From Diplonema japonicum (Eukaryota > Protista > Euglenozoa: Diplonemea), in the NCBI GenBank assembly GCA_964019335.1, contig OZ025660.1, positions 558,001 to 622,000 of the forward strand: DNA of 64,000 bases, in the 5' to 3' direction. This document shows, one piece after another, positions 52,315 through 64,000 of this stretch (positions are counted from its first letter, which is position 1; every line of letters starts with the position of its first letter). The notes under the pieces are model-generated. The model was not told the origin of the DNA. It was given only the letters and a program-made list of their open reading frames with translations, and did no database searches. The translations under genes and the position numbers were made by a program.

Positions 52315-53379
52315 TCAGCCAATCTTGTAACCCAGGTGGTTGCCAGTGAGGCACTGGGCGTACCACCTGCTCTGCTTGTAGCAAGAGGCCCCGCCGGAGC
52401 AGCAGGTGGGGGCGTGAAGGCAGCTTCCCCACTTCGGGATCGCCGTGCGGCAACCAGAGGAAGGAGGGGGAACAGGAACGGGGACAGGTGGGACAGGAAC
52501 AGGAGGAGTGGGAGGGGTGGGGACAGGTGGTGTGTTCCCGTTCCCCGCTGCAGGGATGCACTGGGAATACCACTGGCTCTGCCTGTCGCACACCGCCCCT
52601 TGCGTGCAGCAGTGCATCGCGCTCGTGCAAGCCCCCCACATGGGAATCGTCCTCGAGCACCCTGTGGTGGGGGGAACAGGGACAGGGGGAACGGGAACGG
52701 GGGGAACAGGAACAGGTGGGACAGGAACAGGAGGAGTGGGAGGGGTGGGAACAGGGGGAACCGGAACAGGAGGAACAGGGTTCCCACCGCCACCACCACC
52801 ACCACCACCACCTCCACTGAAGTCCAAGTCAACAGCGTTGTAGAAGCTTGCGGCGGTGTCACCGACATCCCAGATGGCGAGGACAACGTGGTAGCCCGAC
52901 TTGGAGGGGAGGGTGCAGGAGTGGGTCGTCACCATCGGGGGCTTCACCATCCCGCCCGCCGCGGAGCAGAAGGGAGCATCCTCGAAGCTGCCCCTCCCGA
53001 GGGGAGCGTTCTGGTTCCACCCATCCTTCGTGATGTAGTACCTCCAGTCCAGGGTCACGTGGTTCGCCGTGAACTGCCAGGTGAAGTCGGTCCTGCCCCC
53101 GCTCGCCGCCGTCTTCGCCCACCTGCTCGAAGACTGCTCGTTCAGAGGGGCCCAGGTTGCGCTCCCCGCCGCCGCCAGCTGCCCGTCCGGAGGACCGCTC
53201 GCTGGGTACCGGTCCGGTCCCTCCACACTCTGCGGCTCGTACTGCACCCCTCCGCACCCGCTGTTTGTCTTCAGCTTGCACGCGTAGTTCCGAGAAGGCG
53301 GGCTCATCACGTAGCCGTGTCCCTCAACCCGCACCACTGCTGCCGCTGCCAGCAGCATCGGAAGTCCCAAGCGCTTCAT
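52315..53379 (-). CDS. AA10 LPMO with two CBM1-like modules, copy 4
   Basis: 354 aa from MKRLG, same protein as copy 3. Confidence 0.93.
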   Translation of the reverse strand: MKRLGLPMLLAAAAVVRVEGHGYVMSPPSRNYACKLKTNSGCGGVQYEPQSVEGPDRYPASGPPDGQLAAAGSATWAPLNEQSSSRWAKTAASGGRTDFTWQFTANHVTLDWRYYITKDGWNQNAPLGRGSFEDAPFCSAAGGMVKPPMVTTHSCTLPSKSGYHVVLAIWDVGDTAASFYNAVDLDFSGGGGGGGGGGGNPVPPVPVPPVPTPPTPPVPVPPVPVPPVPVPPVPVPPTTGCSRTIPMWGACTSAMHCCTQGAVCDRQSQWYSQCIPAAGNGNTPPVPTPPTPPVPVPPVPVPVPPPSSGCRTAIPKWGSCLHAPTCCSGGASCYKQSRWYAQCLTGNHLGYKIG

Positions 53380-54020
53380 TTCTCTTCTTTTTTTTTGTTT
53401 TTTTGTTGTGTGGAAACTGGAGCAAGTAGCAAGAGCAATAAGGCTATCGTTAAATAAGAGAGTGCACAAGAGGGGTATGGCAACGGTCATATCTGAGGAT
53501 AAGGATAAGGATGTTTTCCGGGAGAGGGAACGAGGCTTTCTCATACTTTCAGCGAGCGAAGTAAGCTTGTTTTTTTCTTCTTCTTTTTTTTTTGTTTGCA
53601 GAGGGGTGGGTAAGACGTTGTAGGAAAGGAAAACAGTTGTAACACTTTTATTCTTTGTTTTTCGGGGAAGTTATCGATTTCCTTCAAAAAAAAAAAAGGT
53701 TCGCCTTCTTCCTTCTTTCATCTCTCTCTAGAGAGTTTTCAAAAAAAAAAAAAAGAAAAAACGTGCGGTGTAAACTCTGTATGTCTCTGCTGTCTTTTTA
53801 TCCTCTCCATTTCACGCTCACATAAGAAGGCGGCACGAAGGAACAAAAAAGGGGGTGACATGGAGGGGGGGGGAAAGAGCAAAAAATGTTTATATCCCCC
53901 TCCCATTTTATTTCCCTTTTTTTTGTTTCCTCCCCTCCCCCTTTTTAAAAAAAATTAAAAAGGGAGAAACGGGGGGTCCAGCAATCTTCTTCCAGTCTTA
54001 TTTTTTTCTTCTTCTCTTTC

Positions 54021-54054
<34 letters not shown>

Positions 54055-54073
54055 TTCACCCAATTTTTCCTTT

Positions 54074-54172
54074 TTAAAACTTATGCTCAGGTGTGTCCTT
54101 GATGTTTATCATGCACTTGATCGCGCCATCACGGCCGGTACGGCAGGTTTCAAAGGCATCCATGACACTATT

Positions 54173-54228
<56 letters not shown>

Positions 54229-55274
54229 TCCCTTTAAAACCGCAGCATACCTGTCATAAGTAAACTCAAATCTGTGCGTGATCAAAGGGTCAAGGTCAAC
54301 CTTCTTGGTAGAGAGCAGCTCAATGCACTTCGGGTAGGTGTTACGGTACCGGAACTACATTTTTTTTTTTTTTTTAAACCCTTCCATACCACTCCGTTTA
54401 AATCCACCTCACGAATGGAAGCATCAAGCAAAGGAAGCGTGCAAGTAGGCTTGCCCATCCCGACCAAGCACACGGACCCACCGTTCTTGGTGGATTTTAT
54501 AGCTGCCGTGACAACGGACTCAACCCCCGCGCAATCGATGGAACCATCGCAGAATTCACCGCCGTTGGCGGCTTTGACAGCTTCGGCCACCTCCTCACCC
54601 GACATGCCTGTGGTGTTAAGGACGACCATGGACGGAATGATCTTCTTGCAGAAGTCCAAACGGTTCTGCTGGATATCGCACAGGATGATCTTCCCGGCGC
54701 CCAGTCCGTTGGCAACAAGAGCGCAGATGGTTCCGATGGGGCCCGCACCGAAGACAGAGTATGTCTTTCCAGGCTCGACCTTAGCCTTTTCCACACACGC
54801 GTAAACACCAACAGACAGCGGTTCGCACATAGCACCTTCCTCCAAGGTCATGTTGTCTGGGATGGGGAAGATCCACTTCTCGGGGTGAGCAACGTATCTC
54901 GCGAGGGACCCATGGACAGGGGGGGTCGCGAAGAATTTGATGTCCGGGCAAAGGTTGTATTTCCCACCTGTGCATTGCTCGCATGCCGCGCAAGGAACAC
55001 CTGCTTCCAAAGCAACTCTGTCTCCTACCTTTAGCTTTTTGCAGTCTTTACCGACTTTGACGATGACACCTGCGGACTCGTGGCCCAGGACCATGGGGCC
55101 GTCGCACACGAAGTCTCCTATCCTCCCGTGCTGCCAGTAGTGCACGTCACTTCCGCAGATGCCGATGCTCTTCATCTCCACCAGGCAGTCAGAGTCCCCC
55201 ATCTCTGGCATTGGGTACTCCTTCAGCTGGATGTCCTTTATCGCTTCGAGAACAACTGCATGGTTGGCCGCCAT
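54074..55274 (-). CDS. Sorbitol/xylitol dehydrogenase (Zn-dependent MDR), 2 introns
   Basis: GICGSDVHY, GHESAG, CxxCxxC..YNLC, GAGPIG; introns 54355-54389 and 54168-54250 restore GVFRY.NTYP and LITHRF...AIKCMI. Confidence 0.93.
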
Positions 55275-57083
55275 TTTTCTTTTTCTTTTTCTTTTCCCCT
55301 TTTGTTCTTAAAATTCGTAATAAATCTCAAATATATGTATTGGTAATAAGAATAGTTTTTTTTGGGGGGGGAAGGGGGGACAAAGGGCTGATGCATAAAG
55401 GAGAAGGAATGAAACGGGTGGAACACAGGATAAAAAAAAGGGGGAGGGGATCTGGACAATGGGAAGGGGGGGGGGGGGGGGGGAAGATGCACATACACAA
55501 AAAATATTTTTTTTTCTTTTCCCCCTCTTGATGATTCTCCGCTTTTAATTTGTGCAGCTCGAGGGTGGAGAGGGGGGAAAAGAAAAAAAGAAAAAATAAA
55601 AAAAACATGAAAGCAATGGTGATTCTAGGTCTGTTATGCAAATAAGAGAACGGGAGAGGGAAATTACAAAAAGAAGGGGGGGAAATGAAAATAAAAGTTT
55701 GGATTTCTCTGGGTCTGTTGGTAACTTTTTTTTTTTTTTTCCCCTTGTTTGTTCTCTTTTTGGATTATTTCTTTTTGGCCTAGCGGGTGACAAACCGCCA
55801 GAGACAGAAGGTGGAAATGTCTTTCGTTCTTGTTCTTCTTGGTAAACTGCCGAAAAACAAAAATAAAACAAAACAAAAAAAAAAGAAGAAACAAAGGGCT
55901 ACTATGAGAGATGGAAAGGTTTAAGCAGGGTGCAAAGAAATCGGATTTTTTTATACCGTTTGTTTTTCTTTAATTCGGAAAGCATCATCACTTAATGTTT
56001 TTTTTTCTTGACTAAACAAAAAAAAAATTGTGTATGGGGGGGATGAAGGGGGGGGAAGTCCCATCAAAAAAAGTGTTATGTGCACCTTGGGGAATGAGTG
56101 AGTCTTTGATTGTAGCTTACTTTTTTTCTTCCTCTCATTTTTTTTTTTTTTTTTTTTTGCTTTAGTTACTTAAGTAAATGGGATAGGCTATGCAAAAAAA
56201 AAAAAAAAAAAAAAAAACTTTTTTTTTGAGAGAGGGTGTGTATGTGCGTGCACCTTTGCTTCGTGTCATTGCCGCCTTTCGCAACAAGGGCTGTAGGGGT
56301 GTGTTTTAGGTAACTCGTTTTTACGTCTTTCCTTCTTTCAGAAAGTCTAAAATATTTCAATGCGGCTTCGATGCCCAACACGGCTGCCTCCATTCGAGCC
56401 TTTTTTTTAAATTAAGTTTGGTGCTTTTTTTTTATATTTATTTTTTAACTTCATAGGGGGGTGGTACTACATGTGTTGCAGTAGCAACAGCGCGTTACTT
56501 TAAAAGGGGAAACTGGTCGTTGTTTGCACGCTGCCTGGGTAGAAACCTGGAGAAGTTTATGAACCCGTAAAGCGCGTTGCCCTAACGTCCCCTTTTTTGC
56601 AAAAAAAAAGAAATTTGAGAAAATCTATGTTAAAAGATGAATCGCAAGAAAAAAGAGTGGGGGGGAATAAAAAAAAACTCAAAGTCAAAAAAGACAATCC
56701 CATTTGAGGATAGCTTTTAAAAAAAAAAAAAAAGAAAAGCACATACAAAAAAAGAGGGAAAAAAAAAAAAGAAAAGACCTCCCATTTACCCCTTACCAAT
56801 GGTACTCTAACGGGAAGAAGGGGAACAAAACAAAAAAAAAAAAAAAAAAAAAAAAAGCGATAAGCTTTCACATGAGATGATGCAGGTCTCTGATCTGAGC
56901 CTTAAATCCCCTTTTCGAGTACTTACCTTTCTCTCGTTCTGAGGAAGGGGTCCTTCTTGAGCTGTATACAGAAAGGAAAAAAAAAATTGTTTTCTCTACC
57001 AAGGGGAGCTATGCCCCCCCCCAAAAAAAAAACGTATGGTGACAACCATAGGTATCGTACTCAAAACCCACTGTGTAGGCTCC

Positions 57084-57747
57084 TCACGCCCTCCTCACTT
57101 TTTTCAAAGGCTGAAGCGGGAGGGAAGACGGCGAGGTTGAGAAGACGGAATGGTGTCTCTTTACACCCTGCCTCTCGCTGGCGGGGGGGGAGGGGGGCCG
57201 TTGTTGCTTCTCTTTCTGGAGAGGGACAGGTTGGCAAGCCGGACGCTTATCAGCCCGACCATCTTTTTCTAAAAGAGTTGCGTAATTCTTATATTCGCTA
57301 GAAGAAACATATAAGTGGAAATCAAGTGTTTTTAAAAAAGTCCGTTCTAGATCGTTGAGCTGCGGAAGAGGGAGACTCAGCAGTCCCGCGAAGAGTGAGT
57401 TGGAAGGCACTGCCCGTGTCTCCCGAACAATTTTACAGGCAATGAGCAATGAGCACGCCAGCAGCCGCTCGGTCCACCACAGGCTTTTACTTTTCACCTT
57501 TACTTTATCCAATCCCTTCGCCTTCACCCTGTCGAAGAAGATGAAGGCGGTCACCATTTCCTCGTCGGTGCTCTTGGTTGCGCTCATGATCCACTTGCAG
57601 AATTCCTATTTTGACATTTAAAAAAAAAAAAAAAAAAAAAAATCCGTATCATACCACCAATTTCACATCTCCCAATTTCACCCCCACACCCTTCACCACC
57701 GCTGGTACTTGGACTGGTTTTTGCAATGCCCTCTTCCGGGTGTTCAT
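57084..57747 (-). CDS. PHO80-like cyclin, 1 intron
   Basis: RLLACSLLIACK...SNSLFA...LNDLERTFLKTLDFHLYVS; intron 57606-57654 adds the 5' exon MNTRKR... Confidence 0.82.
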
Positions 57748-58812
57748 TATTTTTTTTTTTTTTTCTTGCGTGGCAACTTTTTTTCCCCCCTCTTTGGTTG
57801 GAGTTTCCGTGAATGTGGGGGGGGGGGGGGGGGGGAATCATAAGGGGTGCTTTGCAGGGACCACATGGCAATGTTGGAAGGGAAACGCGAAAAATTCACA
57901 AAAATGGAATGGAACCTAAAAAGTACACCCTGCGAGAGTTCATAGAATGCAATGGATCTTCTTCAGGCGAAGAATGGTAAAAATGTAACTTCTGTGTGAA
58001 AGCAGAAGGCGGAAAGCGGAGAACGGGGCACGGTCGCCAATGAGCTTGCGTGTAATGAAGATCTGAAACGGGAAAAAAAAAAAAAAGAAAGAAAGTAAAG
58101 AAAGGAAGGAGAAATAAAATAAATAAATAAAAGGGGGAGGGGAGAAGGGGGGGGAGAAAAAAAAAGAATAAAGAAAAAAAAAGAAAGAAAAAAAAACGAG
58201 AGGTACAAAAAGAGAGAACGAGGTGGCAGCCATAGCATACACCCCCCCCCCCCCCCCCCCCCCCTGAATTGCCCCTTTTTCCCACCTTTTCTTTTTGTAA
58301 AAAGTTTGCTTTCTAAGTTGAAATACTCATTATGTGACTTCCTGAAGATCAGGAAGGGGAAAACTTGAGCAAAGGAAAAAAAAACAAAAAAACAAAAAAA
58401 AACTTGAAGGGGGTTTATCAAAAAGAAGAAAAAGTCGATAATATGTATAGCCTAGTGTCAGAGCAGGCAAAAAAAAAAAAAGATATAAAAAATGTACCTT
58501 TTGGTTTCCTCACCCGAAGTTCCTCCTTTTCTTCTGCTTGTAGAAGCTTGGCGGAAACAAGGACAACAGGAAAGCGAGGATCTTTTTAGTCGGAACAAAC
58601 AAAAAAAAAAAAAAAAAAAAAAAAAAAGGCCAGCCTTCTTTAGTGTAACATGAAGCAACTATATTTGTGTTTTTTTAAAGTAAATCTCTTTTTTCTTTTG
58701 GCAAAATAAAAAAAAAACCCCCCCACCCCCTTCTTTCTTTTTGTTCAACACTCCTGATAAGGCTACGTTTTTGTATTGGCATTTTTTTTTTTTTTTCTTT
58801 CTTTTCAACCTC

Positions 58813-58843
<31 letters not shown>

Positions 58844-59735
58844 CGTGGTTTAGTTGCTATTTACCTTTTTTGTTATTTGTGTACTCTGCAGCAGAGTTAA
58901 GAACGAAAACTTTTCTCAGAAATACATAAAGAGAAATAAAATGCATTAGAATGTCACACGCCAACAGTTTATATCGTTATTTTTTGTTTTTTTTTTCTTT
59001 TTTTCTTTCTTAAATTTTTCCTCACGTGCTGTCTGCAACTATGCAAACTATTTTCTTTCCCCCTCCCCCTTTTTTTTCGAGGGAAAAAAATAAAGAAAAG
59101 GGTATAAAAATGTAATTTACAAAGAGGGAAAAAAAGAAAAAAAATGGGGGGGGGAAGGACAAAGCAAAGAAAGGCAGGTTTCCATCTGTTTTCTCCCTTT
59201 CCCCCGGGGTCTTTATATAAGGGCACAGAAAGGTGAGGGGAAAAAAAAAAAAAAAAAGGCAGCCAATAATGACAACGGTCCACCGAAATTTAAAAAAAAA
59301 AAAAAAGTGGAAGGGGGAACGAAAAGCAAGGAAAATAAATATCAAAATAAAAAAAAGAACACACACAAGGAGGATGCACCACCAAAGAGAAGATTTATTT
59401 TTTTTTCTTCCTTCTTTTCTTTATTTTTCTGCCATCCTCTCTAAGGAGTGTTTGCCCTGTTCCTTAGTTCGGTTTCTTTTTTTTTCTCTTTTTTTTCCTT
59501 TTCTCCTTTTCTTCCCTCCCGTCTTCTTTTATTTTTATTTCTATATTTCCTTTCTCGGTGGTCGTTTTTTTTTTTTTTTTTTTAAAGATTCCCTTTAACC
59601 CTTTCACTAAACTTCGTAAACACCCCGGGTCGGTTGTAAAAAAAAAAAAGAAAAAAAGAAAAAAGAAAAGAGATTAGTTAAAGGAGGTTCCTGTTTTGGA
59701 ACGTCTTTCTTATTTTAGCAGCCCATCCATCACGC

Positions 59736-61118
59736 TTACGAGCGGCCCTTCAGAAGGGAGTCGAAGTACTTCCACATAACAGAGAACATCATGCCCTGCA
59801 TACCATTGGCAAGGATACGTGTCTTGAGGCCACGGCCGAAGAGGCCAGCCACACCATCGGTTCTGATGACCTCACGTGCGGCTTCTGAGTAGCTGATGGG
59901 GTCAGCTGCAGTCTGACGGTATGTCTTCAGCACTCGCAGGGAGTTGGACACAGTGTCGGACACGGCAGAGGAGCAGAAACCAATGGAGGCGTTTCTTGCA
60001 AGTTTTTGCGGCAGTTCCTGCGGGACAGGGATCTTGGCGTCAAGGGTGTTGTAGGTCGCGAACCAAGGGTAGTGGCCTGCAAAGGTCGCTGCAGAGGCAC
60101 CCAGCGCACCGTGGTAGAAGACAGTGGGCCCACCAACCTTCACCTTGTGTCTCAGCTTGGCAATACCCTCCTTGCCCTCAACTTGCATGATGGTCTTGAC
60201 GGTGTCCAGTGGTGTCAGGAAGATCCTCCACGTCGCAGCAGCCGCGGAAGCACCGATGGTCTTGACGGCCACAGGTAGGTTCCTGGTACCATCGTAGGAG
60301 TCCAAGAGTGTCAGCATACCCACGTTTGCTGCTGTGTCACCGAATCTCGATAGCGGTCCCTGAGCCAGGGCAGGCACCATACCCCTGTAGAACCTTGGCA
60401 CGCCACCTTCCTTCCACAGAAGCCCCAGTGTTTCTCTCAAACCAGTCCCGTACCTGTACTGGTAGTTCATGGTTGTACGGATCCACATCAGCGATGTCAC
60501 CTGGATCACCATCGCACCTGCACCGGCAAGACCACCGCCGAAGGCTCTCTTCATGGCCTTCCCCAGCACCTCTGACAGGGGGGGGCTGTTGTTGGCATGT
60601 TTCGTCTCGGTGACTTTTCCGCGCAGGTCGTCGATGCGCTTCTGGATCTTGTCTGCTTCGATGTAGTCCTCCTTCTGGATGGCGGAGAGGAGGTTGCGCT
60701 GTTCCACCTGCTGCTCGTCGAGCTCCTTCTGTTTCGACTGGATGTCCCTTTTGATTTGGTCTGCCTTTATGAAGTCCCTGTTCACGATGGCGGTCTTCAG
60801 CTCGTCCCGCAGCTTTGTCACTTCGTTGTCAGTCTCGCCGACCATCGAGGACAGCACATCGTCCGTCCACTCGAAGTTGTTCGTCCCGAATGCCAGCCCC
60901 TCGTCACCGTAGTCGTGGCTCGCCTTCAGGCTTTCGAACTCGCTCAGCTGGAACCTTTTGTAGCCCCCGTCGGCCATGTACTGCACCTTAATGGTTTTGT
61001 CGCTGTCTCGTACATCGATCACAGTGGCCCTGCACAGGGCACCGCTCCACCACTTCCCAGTGCCTTTGAGAAGCACCTTCTCCCCAATGTAAACTGCCTC
61101 GGGGTTGGTGTCAGTCAT
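59736..61118 (-). CDS. Mitochondrial carrier family protein with N-terminal Tudor-like and UVR-like coiled-coil extension
   Basis: PLDTVKTIMQ, EGGVPRFYRG, DGVAGLFGRGL carrier repeats; two AI..xD(F/Y)I.ADxI..I motifs. Confidence 0.85.
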   Translation of the reverse strand: MTDTNPEAVYIGEKVLLKGTGKWWSGALCRATVIDVRDSDKTIKVQYMADGGYKRFQLSEFESLKASHDYGDEGLAFGTNNFEWTDDVLSSMVGETDNEVTKLRDELKTAIVNRDFIKADQIKRDIQSKQKELDEQQVEQRNLLSAIQKEDYIEADKIQKRIDDLRGKVTETKHANNSPPLSEVLGKAMKRAFGGGLAGAGAMVIQVTSLMWIRTTMNYQYRYGTGLRETLGLLWKEGGVPRFYRGMVPALAQGPLSRFGDTAANVGMLTLLDSYDGTRNLPVAVKTIGASAAAATWRIFLTPLDTVKTIMQVEGKEGIAKLRHKVKVGGPTVFYHGALGASAATFAGHYPWFATYNTLDAKIPVPQELPQKLARNASIGFCSSAVSDTVSNSLRVLKTYRQTAADPISYSEAAREVIRTDGVAGLFGRGLKTRILANGMQGMMFSVMWKYFDSLLKGRS

Positions 61119-61177
61119 TTTTGAATATAACCTGTTGTGGTTTCAAAGTAAACGAGAGAAAAAGAAGCATATAGCAC

Positions 61178-62425
61178 CTACGCGAGGTCCAAGTCCAGAT
61201 CCAGGTCCGGGAGGGGCTTGTCGTAGATGTCGATGAGGACCTTGCCTGCCCCGTAGTCGGGGGCTGTCCTGTTGCGGATGTCGAGGACAGGGGAGTTGTG
61301 GAAGAGGGTCCCGAAGACGTCAGTGTAGCCCTTGGCCGTGGGGAACCACGGGGGTGTTGCTGTGGAGAAAGGCTTGATAAGGATGCCTGGGGGACCGGGT
61401 TCAGGAGGGTCGGCGCCTTCACGGCGGCGGCCTTCAACATGAAGGCAAAGGAGGCATGGGATGGTGGGGACCCTGCCTGCAACGGGAGGGATAGGCCGGG
61501 GCCGGGCACAACCACAGGCCGCACAAACCCATTTGCTTTCTTTTCGAGGAGCTTGCATGGCAACTCGGTTGCGGACTACACTTGCAGCAGTACGCTTCAT
61601 AGCAAGTATGCTAAGAAGACATCCGACCGGCGCGGCTTCGTTAAGGCTCCACACCAACACGATGTCCCCCGTGTGCTGGACTCCATAGGTGCAGATTTGC
61701 GGCTGGTGCTCACTATTGTCTGGGTGGATGAGTTGTTTCTCTTGTATCGTCTTGCTGCCTTTCCGGCCATTTGGTTGCAAGTAAACTATTTCGGCGGTGA
61801 ACTCGACAGGGACTTCGCCTGTGTGGAAGCTGCAGGTGAACATGTCACCTTCACGAACAGGGCACACGAGCGTCTCAAAGGTACCTGGATGGAGATCGAG
61901 GAAGCACTCACGATGAGTAACCCCGACGGCATTGAGCTTCTGCCTCATGGCAGTGGTGGTTGCCTGCCGTGTTGCGACTGTTTTGGCAAGCGCCTTGAGG
62001 ATGTTGTTGTGTTCCTTCACAGTGTCCGTGTTGATTAAAACGTTTTCAATTTCCCGTTGCATTTTGTATGCACCTCCAGGTGCTGTGTGTTCCGCATGAA
62101 AGTACCAATGATCGTGAAGCATACTCCTCACAGCGTCTCCTATAATAGGTTCGGTTCCGTGTGCTACATATGTTGCGTCAGCCATCATTACTGAGTCTTG
62201 TATTTGAGTCTCTCTTGGTTTTACTATCAGTTCTTGATCTTCGCTGTTCTCCGGGTCTAGTTCTCTCCATCCTTTCGTGGTTTCAACCCTCCATCTTTTT
62301 GCCATGTCTTCTTCCTCCTCGACTTCCTCCTCCTCTTCTTCCTCTTCTTCTTCTTCTTCACACTCTTCTGTTGAATCGACGGACGGCTCCTTTCTCCATT
62401 TTCTCTTTAACGATTTTCGTGACAT
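61178..62425 (-). CDS. Hypothetical protein with acidic N-terminus and CxxC...CxxC motif
   Basis: 415-aa ORF; WVCAACG...PCLLC. Additional 5' exons are possible. Confidence 0.7.
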   Translation of the reverse strand: MSRKSLKRKWRKEPSVDSTEECEEEEEEEEEEEEVEEEEDMAKRWRVETTKGWRELDPENSEDQELIVKPRETQIQDSVMMADATYVAHGTEPIIGDAVRSMLHDHWYFHAEHTAPGGAYKMQREIENVLINTDTVKEHNNILKALAKTVATRQATTTAMRQKLNAVGVTHRECFLDLHPGTFETLVCPVREGDMFTCSFHTGEVPVEFTAEIVYLQPNGRKGSKTIQEKQLIHPDNSEHQPQICTYGVQHTGDIVLVWSLNEAAPVGCLLSILAMKRTAASVVRNRVAMQAPRKESKWVCAACGCARPRPIPPVAGRVPTIPCLLCLHVEGRRREGADPPEPGPPGILIKPFSTATPPWFPTAKGYTDVFGTLFHNSPVLDIRNRTAPDYGAGKVLIDIYDKPLPDLDLDLDLA

Positions 62426-63476
62426 ATTTTTTTTTTTCTCCCTTCCCCTTAACTTAAGAACTGCCTGGCATCCTTCTGCGCTGGTGATGGTGTGGATGCA
62501 GGTTGCTGTGTCCTGTCATCAGGCACAAAGGGGTCCGACCATTCTTTTTTCTGCACTGTCGGTACTGCGCAGATTGTCTCCTCAAAAAAACAAAAATATT
62601 AACCAGACCGCAACTGGGAAGACCAAGGTAACGACTAGATCAAGAATTTGAACATGTCCTGCTGAAAGCGAACTTCGGCCTTCCAGTGCATCCCAGGGCC
62701 CATCAGTTTTCAAAAAAAAAAAAAAGAAGGAAGAAAAATAACCATTTGCTTTAAAGAGAGTCAAAAGAAAAAGGGGAAGCTAGGGGAGGGGGAAATAACA
62801 AATGAGTTATCAAGTATAAGACCAGACTTTTCTTTTTTTTTTCGCCCCCCTTCTTCCCCCCCGGGGGGGGGGGGGGGGTGGAGAGAGAACAACGACAACA
62901 GCAGGAAAGAAAATAAGAATAAAAAAAAAAAAAAGGTAAGGGAACAGATTTTTTTTTTTCATTTTCTTTTTTTTCATTTCAGATTTTCTTATTACTGTAA
63001 AGTGGAAAAGGTCGGACAAAGTGACAAATGCCCGGGCGGAACTTGTCCTCGGCTCCTGCCCCATGATATGTGAAAATATGGCATATAAAAAAAAGGATTT
63101 TAAGGGTGACCCCGCTCCCTTGATTTATTTTTCACATGCCCAGCCCGTTTAAGACCCTTCACAAAGGTTTCGACCCGGAGGCTGATACTGGAATCTAAAA
63201 GGAAAAAATAGCCTTAAAAAAAAAAAAGAAAAACGTCGGATTTCTTCCCGGACAAAATTGAGAGATTTTACAGTATTTTCTTTTTCTTTTTCCGTTCTGT
63301 TCGTCCCTCCCCTCCCCTCCCCTCCCCTCCTTCCTTCATGTTCCCTGACGGTGAGCATCTGAAGATATAAAACTGAGTTGAGCAAAGCAACACCAAAAAT
63401 GAGTGAACCATGAGGCACGAAAAAAAAGAAAATAAAAGAGAGAAAAAAAAAAGAAGAAAAAAAAAAACCCCCGCCC

Positions 63477-64000
63477 TCACGCAGTTTTTGCTGCCGCCGC
63501 GGATGCTTTGTTGAGGAAGGATGTGGCTAGGAACTTTTTGCGAGCGGTGGCTGTCACGTACTCCACGTACTGCTCTGGGTTTGACCTCGCTACATGGTCC
63601 GCCATTCGCAGCTGTAAAGTCATTTTGTTGGACCCCCGAAGTACCCCATTCCCCACACACCATGTCGTCATAGGCGTTCACATCGGCAGTGAGCTCCAAG
63701 ATTTGCTGGCTTAACTCGTCTGCAGGCTTAATGTCCTCCACGCTGGTGACTGCCTTCCCCTCCATCTGGCCTAGCCATGTCTTCGTCGTCTCCAGCTCTA
63801 CTACCATTTTCGATATTTCCTCCAAGAGTTTTGCCTCTTCTTCGTTTGACGCTTTAAGAGCGTCCTGTGCCTTCACCAGGTCAGCTTGCTGCGTCTTTTG
63901 ACGCTCTACTTCAGATTTTAAGTTCGCCTGTAAGTTTAAAAGGAAATAGAAGCATTGTCCCTCCCGGTGCGTACCTCAGTGTTGGCCTTCATTTCCACGC
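63477..64000 (-). CDS. Vps23/TSG101-like ESCRT-I subunit, 3' part
   Basis: Coiled coil then steadiness-box-like QQILELTADVNAYDDM...YVEYV...ARKKF; introns 63612-63660 and 63928-63974; runs off the window. Confidence 0.6.

Noticed and set aside
54074-54400. Apparent frameshifts or pseudogenisation in SDH, TPPP and ABCD
   Set aside because: Each is cleanly resolved by a short GT-AG intron.

Overview
Eukaryotic protist genomic window, most likely a euglenozoan and most plausibly a diplonemid (inference). About 25 protein genes all lie on the minus strand, suggesting polycistronic transcription. They are separated by A/T-homopolymer-rich spacers and interrupted by very short (34-83 nt) GT-AG introns, many of which carry a poly(A) tract where a polypyrimidine tract is expected. 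Genes include four near-identical copies of a secreted AA10 lytic polysaccharide monooxygenase (GbpA-like catalytic domain plus two CBM1-like modules), a full-size ABCD transporter, a PA/LamG receptor with a cyclase-like domain, a multi-CNB protein, cytochrome b5 ending in SKL, an arylsulfatase, TPPP/p25, sorbitol dehydrogenase, a PHO80-type cyclin, a UVR-fused mitochondrial carrier, a partial Vps23/TSG101 and a three-member His/Val/Thr-rich repeat protein family. The main hidden structure is in the intergenic DNA, where several clusters of shuffled 60-100 nt conserved modules read on the minus strand as snoRNA genes. There are five box C/D families (CD1-CD5) and about eleven single-hairpin AGA-box pseudouridylation guides (H1-H9 plus paralogs). 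Several have pockets or guides matching conserved rRNA sites, e.g. the SSU m1acp3-Psi site UUUGAC-UC-AACACG. The clusters show birth-and-death turnover: duplicated, truncated, pocket-diverged and MITE-disrupted copies. rRNA target matches were made from recalled conserved rRNA sequence, not from this organism's rRNA.
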